Source: Mizuhopecten yessoensis (lineage: Eukaryota). From it: a stretch of DNA of 64,000 nucleotides. The stretch lies in NCBI RefSeq assembly GCF_002113885.1, contig NW_018408906.1, positions 718,890 through 782,889 of the forward strand, in the 5' to 3' direction. Made by a program: the position numbers and the translations under genes. A model generated the notes under the pieces. That model was not told the DNA's origin, searched no databases, and worked only from the letters and a program-made list of their open reading frames with translations. The stretch's first letter is position 1. Each line of letters begins with the position of its first letter. Of the stretch, positions 11,933 through 23,505 are shown piece after piece.

Positions 11933-14156
11933 GAAGGAAGTGGAGAAATAAAGCAATACACAGGAGCGCACTTCCCAAATACCGTTTCCTTCGCAGAACG
12001 CGCCCCATTGGAGAGCGCTCCCAAAATACCATTACACTGTTCTACTCATCAGCGCATCGCGCCCCGGCGCTCAAGGCCTTCTAAAAACCTGCTGTCACCC
12101 AGGCATATAAACACCTTGTTATACTGCCACCAGAGTCTAATAATAATTGCAAAATGGTTTGACGATATACAGAGGGAAATATATAAAGGAATCGTTTGAT
12201 ATATTTAGTTTTTTTTTGACAAACCCTGCTTTTCATATAGATAAATCCCACATGTCTGATGAGTTTTGTTTTATATAACAAACTATTTACGCAAAATTCG
12301 AAACAATCACATCATCTCAACCAACTCCGTCAAAGCACAAAAGATGATTCCGCACTTTCACGGAGTTGGCCGGAAAGTTACGACGGGATTATAAATGGGC
12401 AGGTAACTGCACGTCATTCTCTATACAGGGAGATAACTCTGCGCAACAATAGTATGACGTAACGTCAATTGTTCAATATCCCCTTCACAACAAGCGGCTA
12501 GCTAAAACAACGACACGTATTTTCTCAGGATAAAACCATAGACGAGTATTTAAAGCACCATGAACAACAACAATAACAACCAGGTAAGGTACATTTTGAG
12601 CATAAAAAAAATATTGTTTTACATAATTATAATGTGATGAAATTGACAGATTATTTTAAGTTGAATAGAAATTAGATACTTTAATTTAAATGACATAATT
12701 TCCCTGATTTTGTGGTGAAATTGCTTTGTTATTTTTATGAATCAAGCATAATTATGATGTCATAATTCATCAATTTTATTTTTATAGCACTTGATCAAAT
12801 TATTTCTAAATGAATTGATCTTCTGCATGGTAAAATGTTTACCTAGCCGAGTTATCTGTTAATACCAGTCGTTTTGCATTTTATATCAGATTCTTGACGT
12901 ATTGGAAGGATGGCCAAGTGATGTGTACGGCTTTTTGAGGGGGACACGGCCAAACGGATTGAACTTGTGGGTTACTTTCATGTCGGAGGACAAGGTAAGC
13001 TTTAAAGTACACAACATGTCAATCCTAGCATCTAGAAATCCTTAAAATCAATCCGCTAACAGGGAAATGAAAATTATATATTTATCTCGACACCATTAAC
13101 TTATTTTTGTCTTTTTTAAAGTCCGCTCTAAACAATTATTAACTATTTAGTAACGTATTTTTTCCTTTATATAAGGTCGGACTGAACGATACAAACGACG
13201 AGAAACAATGCAGATTGCCTGACATCTGGGAGGAGGAACGGAATAAGACGGATGAGGAGCAAAAATGGGTTAATGAGGAGGAGGAAGGGATGAATGAGGA
13301 AGAGGAACATTACAACCCTTACATTCGGTTGTATGCCGACTGTGAAGATTGGGGGTATGGCGACGGGATGCCTGCGGCCTGGCGACAATAAATCGAGGTA
13401 CAGCCATTTCACAAACTATGAGCTGATGTCAGTTCTAATTTTCGTTTGTTCTCAGAAGATTTACTTAAAAAATATAACTGTGTAATTGTCTTTCTACATG
13501 TAAATATACACTTCTGAAATAATGCATATAGATGTGTAACACAAATGTTTTTATCTTTTTTTTCCATTTTTCATTTCAGTTCACAAAAACCTTATGAGAA
13601 GTCAATCGCGCTAGCGACAAATGAGATGCAGCATGTTGAATGCGGGGGCTGTCGGACCCGGAACCGCACCAGAATGAAAACACCGAACTGATGATTTCAC
13701 AAAGTAAAAAAAAAAGCCGTATAATTTTATCATAAGTCTGTAGTTCTTTCAAAGTTTGACAATGCCCATTGACTTAATATTATTAAACGAAGTATCATAC
13801 AGGCCCATATTCGTACATTCTGTGCTTGGCTTTGAAGGTTAGTTGGATCCAAGCGGAAGTGAACATTTAATAGAAACATATTTGTTTGTACAAAATCTGT
13901 TCATTCTGAGTGATAGTATTAAATTCAAATTTAATTGTATCAACAAAATTTGATATATCTATTTTGATTTTTGGTATATACATTTTTCATTTCAATTAGG
14001 TTCTTTGTCAAAACAATTCTTGTGACGTAGTGATGACAATTACTGCTTACTATTTATAAGCTATGTTGTACACATAATCTGATGTTTTTGTCAATAAAAT
14101 ATATCTAACATTTGTATGTGTTTGTTCTATCGCAACATATCGGCAAACTCCGTTAA
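11933..14156 (+). mobile_element. 2.2-kb transposase-less element carrying a spliced gene (left copy; inverted relative to 25766-28173)
   Basis: Colinear reverse-complement similarity to 25766-28173, from GAAGGAAG(T/G)...GAGAAATAAAGC through ...TATCG(C/T)AACATATC; ends at TTAA 14153-14156. Confidence 0.75.
12560..13391 (+). CDS. Small acidic protein of unknown function, 114 aa, 3 coding exons (left copy)
   Basis: join(12560..12583,12890..12994,13176..13391), phase-0 GT-AG introns: MNNNNNNQ-ILDVLEGWPSDVYGFLRGTRPNGLNLWVTFMSEDK-VGLNDTNDEKQCRLPDIWEEERNKTDEEQKWVNEEEEGMNEEEEHYNPYIRLYADCEDWGYGDGMPAAWRQ*. Splice sites and frame are shared with the second copy. Probable 3'UTR intron 13398-13579; AATAAA at 14093. 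Confidence 0.7.
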
Positions 14157-14215
14157 AGGACAGTCTCTGCTTTCTGTTTTCTATATCAGTTTCATTGACA
14201 TATAGACTGTAACCA

Positions 14216-15075
14216 TTTTAGCCCACCAGATCCCACTTGAACTAATTAAACTTATGAATGCAATTCTGAATATTGGGACGCGGCTTCACGGCTACGTTAG
14301 GCAGACGCCTGGCAAAATCCTTTAAAACATATGTTTGCAATCGGATCATTTCGCCCGTTTACGTCGCATGCTCACGGAAATGGCCGAGTGTGGTCCAACG
14401 GAATGTGAGTGCCGGAGAGATGCTTTTTTTCTCACCAGAACCTGCCTGCACGAAACATCTTAACTAAATTCTCAATGTGAATGTCAATGTGAATTTGTGC
14501 CGTGATGTGGCATTCGTCATCATTATTCGTATACCGAACGACCAAGAGACAGAGGGGGGTGATATTTGGCTACGCTGGGATGAAATTTGTTTAAACGAAT
14601 GACCTGGAGCTGCATTCAAAGTCACAGGGGTCAAAGTTGTTGTAACTTTCAAAGGACTTTTATTGACTAACCACGAGGCCAAGGTTGATGTTTCTAGGCT
14701 ATTCGTAAGCTGTCAAGTGCCAATGACTTCCTGTACATATCTAAGATACCTGATGTCCTGATGTGATGCTATATTTGACTATAAGTATACTGGAATGAAG
14801 GGTTACCAATTTGTTCAAATGAATGACCTTGACCTACTTTCAAGGTTTTCCGAATAACTAAGAGGCAAGTTCTTGATATTCATTATTTAGCATGAAATGG
14901 TGGAAAGCGATACGAAACGAGGGATATCATTTGAAAATCAGATTAAGAAAAATAAGATGAAATCTTTCAATGAAGATTCATTAGGTGAAATTATGATATT
15001 CAGCCTTTTTAAACATAACAACGTAGCCATCTCTGAAGGTTACAGCTGTTAAATCAATGACAGGTGAGCAAGACA
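14216..15075 (+). mobile_element. Degenerate Helentron-like (HINE-type) element with satellite units
   Basis: Starts ttttagcccacca, contains gaccttgacctactttcaagg / tcaaagtcacaggggtcaaa units, ends near caggtgagc. Confidence 0.5.
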
Positions 15076-15334
15076 ACAACAATTCCGATATTTTGTGGCC
15101 GACTTTCAGACAGGTATAAAACGGTATATATTTTTGTTGAAATACCGCATGGCACACTTTAACTTAAGGGGCTGCGTAATTAAGGCGTCTGACCATCTAG
15201 TAGCATTAGCCCGCCACAATAGAAACAAACGATTCTATATATTGTCCCATTTTCCTTCAGAATGACCTACCAAACCTAATTCAATATTAATATTTCAAAA
15301 ATATACCATTATACAAAAAATTGTCCTCTGACCA

Positions 15335-16125
15335 CCAGGTCTCAAGCCTATACTGGTGGAGGAAGTCCCCGCCAAGCACATAAGGGGTCATAATCTCTTT
15401 ATTTCTCATTATATCTTATGATATTTACCATTTTTCTTCAGAATAACATAATAAAAGATATAAAACATAAATATTTCACACACACACACCATAATAGCAA
15501 AAATGTATATCTTGCCACAATAGCAACTCCTAACACCAAGAGTTGTCCGCCTTTCCCGATAACTTATAGGCAGTCTTCAAGGAATCACCAGACAAAAACT
15601 GTCATAATTTTTTTATTTCTCATGATGTCTTGTTGATATTTGCCAGTTTTCTTCATTATAACATACTCAAAAAAATACTATATTAATATTTCATATATAT
15701 ATCATTATAAAAAAAAAAACAGTTCGCTGACCACCATGACAACTTACTGTATGTCTCAAGCCTTTACTGGTGGGGAAGTCCCCTCCAAGTAAATATTGGG
15801 GCATACTTTCTTCATTTCTCATGATATCTTGATGATATTTTCCAGTTATCTTCAGAATAACATAATAAAGGATATAAAACATTAATATTTCACATATATA
15901 CCATTATAATCAAAAATTATATCCGATCACCATACCACATTATAACACTATAATACAATAGCAATACAATTTCATTTTCATATAGTGCATATTTCTTCAG
16001 AATTACATTTTAAAGGATATGAGATATCAACATTGCATAAATATATCATTCTATAAAATGTTCAATCTGCACACGATTCCTACCTATGGCTCAAGTCTAA
16101 CTCTGGCGGGGATTCACCCGCCAGG
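15335..16125. repeat. Degenerate tandem duplication (~400-bp period)
   Basis: tctcaagcc..tactggtgg(a)ggaagtcccc.ccaag...cttcagaataacataataaa.gatataaaacat occurs at ~15340 and ~15754, with a partial copy at ~16090. Confidence 0.6.
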
Positions 16126-16128
16126 TTA

Positions 16129-16755
16129 AGCCCCTGTCACACCTAGCCGCGTTGCCACTGCGATTGCACGGCGTTGTTAAAGTTCGCAGAGCGCCGTGAG
16201 ATCGCAGGAAAAATTGATATTTTTCATGAAGATGGCAATGTTACGGCGTTCTCACGGCGACCTTTACGTTTCAACGGAGCTCCATGGCGTTCTACCGCGT
16301 TCCTACGGAGATCTAGTTGGCAATTGTCTGCGCTCTCATGGCGCCCTCATGGCGCTTCCACTGCGTGCATCGAGTTTTCACGGCGCGTATAAGCGCGGTA
16401 GAGACACAGTGTCATCTCAAAGAACGCCGTGCAAGCGCCACCTTTAACCATTGCGTTCGCATTGCGACCTCTGTGCGCGCCCGCGGCGATCCTGTGGCGT
16501 TATAGGAGACCTAACTGCGCTGCTACGGCGACCTCACAGCGATCCCACTGCCCTCTTATCAGAACGCCGAGCGACGGCGTTTGTTTTCGGGATGCTCAAA
16601 GTGCGCGCCGTCGCTCGGCGTTCTATGCGATCCAACCGCGTTCACTGGCGATGCCACTGCGTTGCCGCGGCGATGCTTGCGATTCCACTGCGCGCAGATC
16701 GGCGTTCTGGATTTCTCTTGCACGCCGTGGGAACGCGGCCCTAGTGTGGGAGTGA
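16129..16755. mobile_element. GC-rich MITE, PIF/Harbinger-like termini
   Basis: Sharp GC-rich island; AGCCCCTGTCACACCTAGCCGCGTTGCCAC at the left end pairs with GTGGGAACGCGGCCCTAGTGTG(GG)AG at the right end; left flank TTA. Confidence 0.7.
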
Positions 16756-17586
16756 TGACCAGATATTGAAAAAAAATCAAACTCAGAGTAAGTAAACCAA
16801 GTGTTAATATTTCGTTATATTTGCATAAGGAGAGTAGTTCCTGAAATTTCATGAAGATATCTCAACCAAAACAGATTTTATGAGGAAAAAGCTAAATAAA
16901 AGCACCCGTAATCTCCTGTGACCTATTTCTGAAGGTCCTAAGAAGGATTTTTTTTTATTATTTCTTAACTAATCTCAAATTTGAACTTATTCTTCTGAGC
17001 CAAGTTTTATCTCATTTGAGTGATAAATAAAAAAAATAGGCCGAATAAGATATGACATTTAGTAAATGTCCTTACAGTAATCTGGTGATCTCTATTTTAA
17101 AGTTTAAAGTGCTAATTAGAAATATCTAAAGAATGATGTGATCTCAACTTCACTTTGTCTGCTGACAATTATGTTCCAAAATGTATTAATCCAGAGTGTT
17201 ATGTATCTTTGGTAAGGTGGTATTCGAATTCGAAAATGAGTTCAAACTGAGTAGACAAGGTCTGTGTCCTGAATTTTATACCTTCAGTTATTATGAGAAC
17301 TAATCAAGAAAGTGTTCTGATGGTACCCTGAAGGGTTAACTTAAACACCTATTTCTAGTCTTACCTGTACTATAATTACCCATATCCTGCCAATTAGAGC
17401 GAATAGAATTTACCTGAGTTATTTCATCGAGTATATCACACCTTACCTGAACGATAATTACTCATATCCTGTCAAGAGCGACTACGGATTTTACCTGGAT
17501 TATATCACGGAAAATAACACACATAACCTGTACGATAATTACACATATTTAGTTTCTTTTTTCTCTCTCAAAAATTCAAACTCAGA

Positions 17587-18168
17587 TTTTCGACTTTGGT
17601 TGAATTATTTGTACAAAATAAAATAAAGTTTTACACCCTATGACGACATATAGCGGCACAGTATAAAAATTATGGAGGCCCGCTATGATATTTTAGGGAA
17701 AATACATCACACCTGACATAATAAATTGATGTTGTGGCTGTATTTATAATTCTATCTCTCTTTATTGATAGTAAATATGTTTGGGAATATATTAGCTATT
17801 ATATAAACCATAAAAAACATAATATGTACATTTTTGTAGTCAGAATGAGAAAAATATCAAGGCACGGTACGAGTATTTCTGAATTTGCCGATATGGTTAT
17901 ATATAATATTCGTTCATAACGATACATTTCGAAAATAAACTTCGTTATTACATCAATTTTCGACGTTGGTTGAATTATTTGTACAAAATAAACTAATGTT
18001 TAACACCCTAGGACGACATATAACGGCACAGTTTAAAAAACATACGGAGGCCCGCTATGATATTTTCGGGAAAATAGTCACACCTGACGTAATAAATTAA
18101 TGTTGTGGCTGTATTGGTAATTCTATCTCTCTTTATTGAAAGTAAATATGTTTGGGACAATATTAGAT
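17587..18168 (+). repeat. ~370-bp repeat array upstream of the env-like gene (about 1.6 units)
   Basis: Unit ttttcgac.ttggttgaattatttgtac...acacccta.gacgacatata.cggcacag...ggaggcccgctatgatattt...tcacacctgac starts at ~17587 and ~17956. Confidence 0.85.
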
Positions 18169-19764
18169 TATTTTCCTGTATTTACCTGTTCACCAATAGG
18201 AAATACTGTGTTAGTTATAGGAATATTTAACAAATATATTTCCTGATTTTTCGTAATATTTACTAGAATTATGAATCAATATATACAATATTCAAGTTAT
18301 TACTTAATAAAAACACATCAAAATACATTAACTGAAAATCTGCTTTTATTAATTTCATATAAAATCAATTTTATAAATTTTTATTATGCATTTACATGTA
18401 TGTTATATATAGATTTCATAAAATAGAACTAAATTTAGCTAGAAATGTATGACAAATAAAATCAGTAAAGACAGAGATCATGTATTATATTAATAAATAT
18501 GCAATAACAGATGCAAAGCTAGGAATGAAAATAAATAAAACGAATTAATTACATGTACACATGGAATACTCAGCGCTGGTTGATCAATTCAATCATATTC
18601 ATAAAATACACACATGCACAAAGATACATGATATAAAACTAATATAATAGCACTAACTTACTAAAGGTGAAATATTGGAAAGTCAATAAAAATCACAGAT
18701 AAGTCCATGATTTTAAGAAATCCTAGCAAAGCACCAAATAAAAATTCTATAACAAGCACATTTATCACAATGTCACTCTAAATGCAAAAGATTGGTTGTA
18801 TATATTTGTGGATTTCACGTTACTGTTTTGTATGATCTAGCTGATGAAAATGGTATATGATATGAAAAAAATGTCTAAAAATGATGAAAATAGACTATAT
18901 AAAAGCTACATGTATATGACAGGACTGTATATATGATAGAGATAATGTGGGAGAACACAGGTAAAAACCAGGTAAAATATATATGAAACAAACTATAACT
19001 GCTATCACAACATTACTGCCTCTATGTTTTTTTTAAAAAAAAGTGGGAGAAAGGAGAACACACCGATGACACCTTATCTCCTGTTCCATACGCCCGAGGG
19101 GTCTCTTTGAGTTTCTCTGAAGAAAGTTGTACTGTTTTAATCGCCTGAAGCGTGAAACTGTCGGAAACACCCGCCTTAAACCTGTGCTATTATCACAATT
19201 ATTTCACGTGACAGTTGACATGGGATTAACGCTTCTCAATAGAGGATTAACTCTATCATTACTATAAAATCCGGGGCAGAATCGTTTCAAATCAGTTCGT
19301 TCTTCGATTCGAAAGCGAATACAACTCTTTGTTGCATTGAATTTTCTTTGCGAGTTTTGCATACCTATTTGCGAATTTATCCATCTTCGTACATAAACAA
19401 AACTGTTCAAGGTAAGAAATATTTCAATAATATCTTATTAAGGTTGACAGACATGTAGTGGAAATATTTAAAGGAAGCTAGTTCAGAGTTCATGAACAGC
19501 AGACAATTCTTGCCTAGCAATTCAGCAACTGACTTCTAATGAGAAGCGTAAATTATTATGAAATTGTCCTGACAAAATAAGTTATTTAAATGTTTTGTGG
19601 ATTTCGTCATAGGGTATTAACATAGATTTTAATAGGTCATATAGTCTATTGATTCTTATAATGTATATAAGATACAAGTTAAAGGAACGGAAAACATCAT
19701 ATGAATGTTAAATTGATAATTTACCATGGCCACCATTAATCACATCAAACAATTCTATTTTCAG

Positions 19765-22176
19765 ATGATATCATACATCACAGTACTTTTCTTGATAGGA
19801 TTGGCAGCTGGCGATAGTGATCTTAAGCGGACAAACGCTGGCGTGATTTTTAAATCACGAGGAACAATTCAGAGTTCGTCCAGCGTTTGGTACCATACCT
19901 TCGCATTAGATCTGCCGACACTGCCAAACAAATGGCTGCATTACCAAATGGCGGATCCTGGTATGCCTCCAATGAAGTGTACAGGAAACCCGGGTGACAG
20001 TGAATGCAGCATGTCAGCAATGTCGATGTCAAATTTCATTATTTCATTGAATGCAGAGGTATGTATTTTTAGCAAATTATTTTGTAACTTGTGTTTTCGG
20101 TTTTTTTGGTAAAATAAAATAAAGTCAAACCTGTATTAAGAGGCCACCCAAGGGACCGGCAGAAATTGGCCGCTTAAGACAGGTGTCTGCTAAAACCAGG
20201 CTCACCCGAATATCACAACCAAGTTTTCATACATCCACGGGTTATAATGACATTTTCCCGGCAATATAGCCTGCTATGTTATTTTGATTTTTTCTCCCTT
20301 CATCAACAGGGGTACGATTTCATACTTGAATATAAATGTATAATCAATAAAATACAAAGGCGTTTTGGTGATTAATTTCCTAAAATGATAAATTTATTTT
20401 TGTTTGGCTACACAGGTGTTCCACATACGTTTTGCGCTAGCAGACAACACCAGTACTGAAATCTACATGTATTTATTAGCAAATTATTTTATAACTTATT
20501 GTTCCGTTTTTGGTAAAATAAAGTATTTTCTTACCTTAGTATTAAACAAACAATAATTTACTCGTTATTGACTTTTATAGGTTGTAAAGACGTTTGATCA
20601 TTTATTGGACCTGACCAGAACTCTCATCCCAAAACATGTATCACCAGATCAAAAGAGAAGAAAATGGTTTGCCCCACTCTCAATTATTGGTTCGAGTTCG
20701 AAAACAATATTTGGAACAGCAACCGTAGAAGATGTTGAGACGGTTTCTTCCAATATCAACGAATTGATCAGATGACAGAGACTTACTGCTAAGACCATGG
20801 TTGCCCACGAAAGGAATTTCCAGTCATTTGTTAAGTTGTCTAGTTCACCTTTTAATGGGTTAAAGAAGAAAGTTTCTGATAATCACGAGGCTCTTAAAAT
20901 GATAAAGAATCTTGAAATAAATAATACTGACACCATCAACCGGGGAATAGATTTACTTGAAATTGCAATGTTTCAGATGAATAGAACAAATTCCATCATT
21001 CACCACCTTCGCGATATTGGGCAAGCTATTGAACAACTGGTACAAGGTTATCTCTCACCTTTACTCGTTTCAGGGAAAGCCATCAGAAGTGTCGTCAAAG
21101 AGATCAACGACAAGATCATCGACATGACGAATACAAAAGATCACGGTGTACTTTCTGACTACGGTTTTGGTCATCATAACTCTTTTTTTTGTCAATTGCA
21201 AGGAAATACAATATTGATTACTCTTAAACTTCAGGTAGTACCATTGTTAGGAAAGACACATCTCTACCAGGTAATGGTGTATCCAGTTCCAACAACCAAA
21301 CAAAGTAGACATGCAACAAAGATAGCAGGTCTTCCAGAGTATGTTATAATTTCTGACGATTACGGAGGTAGGAGGTATTCACCAATTACACCTGTTCAAT
21401 TGTCTAACTGCAGAGGGATTCATCATGTGGTATGTCCATTTAATTTAGTTTACACAACAGTTTTAAAGGAAAACTGTCTTACATCCCTCATTAAAGATTC
21501 TTCAGATAAAATAGCAAAGTTTTGTGATTTTAGGTACTTCCGTGACCATCTGGAGCCGTCCATAGAGCCGATATCGGACAACAGCTTTTCGGTGTATGAT
21601 ATCCCCAGGCTCTCACTGAATATAAGAGGACATACCGAAGATGTCGAAGGCTGCCATCTTTGTATTATTACCATACCATGCCATGCCAGAATCGAGACTT
21701 ATGACATGACCAGTGACAGAGTGCTTTCCCAGAAATGCAATAGCGAGGAGACCGAAGTGACACGCGATCATCTTGTAAACTTGGCGATGGTAAAGGCATT
21801 CATTGCAGAAAACAATCAGCTTGGATTTACAGCATCATCTGTCTTCAGTAAAGCACAGGATGTTAAAGTACCCAAATTTGACTTTTTCGAACACCGCTAT
21901 CATGAATTCCTTACGACCGACCAGAAAACGAACCTTAAGCTGAACAAGATGGTAGAAGCATCAAAAAGACAGGAAAAAATATTTCAAAATATTGCAGAAC
22001 CCTTTATCAAAGCTAGTGAAGAAAACGCCACTTGGTTAACCTCGAGTCTTTCCGTTGGAGATATTGTGGTAATAATATGCCTTATTGTTGGGACAGTGGT
22101 TTTCATACGACTTATTTTTATTGTGAAGAGATTGGGAGCAATTATTGCTGTTAGTACAAAAGGCGAAGAAGCATAA
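19765..22176 (+). pseudogene. Intron-containing envelope/fusion glycoprotein gene (Gypsy/errantivirus Env, baculovirus F-like), ~629 codons, one in-frame TGA
   Basis: join(19765..20058,20581..22176), phase-0 GT-AG intron. Signal peptide MISYITVLFLIGLAAG; basic site KRRK(W) followed by fusion-peptide-like FAPLSIIGSSSKTIFGTATVEDV; heptad-rich region; Cys-rich ectodomain (GCHLCIITIPC); TM IVVIICLIVGTVVFIRLIFIV. TGA at 20773-20775. Probable 5'UTR intron 19412-19764. Confidence 0.8.
20123..20200 (+). mobile_element. Tc1/pogo-like MITE end inside the env intron
   Basis: agtcaaacctgtattaagaggccacc...ggccgcttaagacaggt lies between two copies of a ~60-bp duplicated intron segment (~20061 and ~20468). 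Confidence 0.5.
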
Positions 22177-22476
22177 TGAGAATCTACAAAATTAGACTCT
22201 ACCATTCATGGCATGATAAAGTCTGGAGAACAATATGAAAATCTAGAACAAAAGATCAAGACGATAACTAATATATGTACACATATTATACAGAAACTGA
22301 GGCATTCTAACCAAGGAACACTAATGAAGACTAGGAAAAGAGTAAGATTTTAGTTATTGAACCAGTTATAGGCTCTTTTGTTCAGAAATATAAACCTGAT
22401 TATACTATAAACAATAAAAAACAGATAGCTGACCAAATAAAAAGAATTTTATCTAAATATTAACCCACAAAGGATG

Positions 22477-23505
22477 AGTCACACCTGACGTAATTAATTA
22501 ATGTTGTGGCTGTATTTATAATTCTATTTTTCTTTACTGATAGTAGATATGTTCGGAAATATATGAGCTATTATATAAACAATATAAAATCATTATATGT
22601 GTATTTTTGTAGTCAGAATGAGAAAAAAGTCAAGTCACGGTACAAGTATTTCTGAATTTGCCGCTACATTTATATATAATATTCGTTGATAACGGTAGAT
22701 TATGAAAATAAACTTTATTATAACATTTTTCAACCTATGTTAAAGTTTTGTACAAAAAAAATAATGTTTAACACCCTAGGACGAAATATAGCAGCACAGT
22801 CATAAAAATAAGGAGGCCCGCTATGATATTTTCGGAAAAATACATCACACCTGACGTAATAAACTAATGTTGTGGCCGAATTGATAATTCTATCTCTCTT
22901 TATTGATAGTAAATATATTTGGGAATATATTAACTATTATATAAACAATACAAAAAACATTATGTGTGTATTTTTATAGTCAGAATGGTAGAGAAATAAA
23001 GGGACGGTACGATTGTATTTTAAATTTTCCGACATGTTTTTATATAGTATTGGTTTATAACAATTAATTATGGAATACAAGTTTAATATAATTTCACAAT
23101 ATGACCCTGATTCAAGTATTAACTTTAATAGTAATTATTAAGAAAACTATTGACCTTTACACTTCCACATCCCCGGGGGGTGTAACTATCAGAATGAGAG
23201 AAAAAAATCAAGGCACGGTACGAGTATTTCTGAATTTGCCGGTTATATGTAATATTCGTTCATAACGATAAATTATGAAATTAAACTCGTTATAATATCA
23301 TTTTTCGACTTTGGTTGAATTATTTGTACAACATAAACTAATGTTCAATACCCTAGGTCGTCATATAGCGGCACAGTTTAAAAACTACGGAGCCCCACTA
23401 TGATATTTTCGAAAAAATACATCACACCTGACGAAATTAATTAATGTTTTGGCTGTATTGGTAATTCTATCACTATTTATTGATAGTAAATATGTTTGGG
23501 AATAT
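22477..23505 (+). repeat. ~370-bp repeat array downstream of the env-like gene (about 2.5 units, same orientation as 17587-18168)
   Basis: tcacacctgacg.aa...gtggctgtatt...aattctat...gatagtaaatatgtttgggaatat units at ~22478, ~22845 and ~23422. Confidence 0.85.

Noticed and set aside
13294-13690. Alternative overlapping frame splicing into the 13580 exon (…GDNKSSSQKPYEKSIALATNEMQHVECGGCRTRN…)
   Set aside because: Substitutions between copies in exon 3 are synonymous in the acidic frame, and the two copies differ by a frameshift near the end of this frame; treated as 3'UTR, though not fully excluded.
16174-16852. Cluster of overlapping ORFs in a GC-rich island (possible foreign gene)
   Set aside because: Explained by a GC-rich TIR-bounded MITE with few stop codons; no recognisable protein.
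20773-20775. Selenocysteine or programmed readthrough at the env TGA
   Set aside because: No SECIS or readthrough structure recognised; a CGA>TGA transition is simpler.
17587-23505. The 370-bp repeats as LTRs of an env-only provirus
   Set aside because: They are tandemly repeated and lack TG...CA ends, PBS, PPT and TSD.
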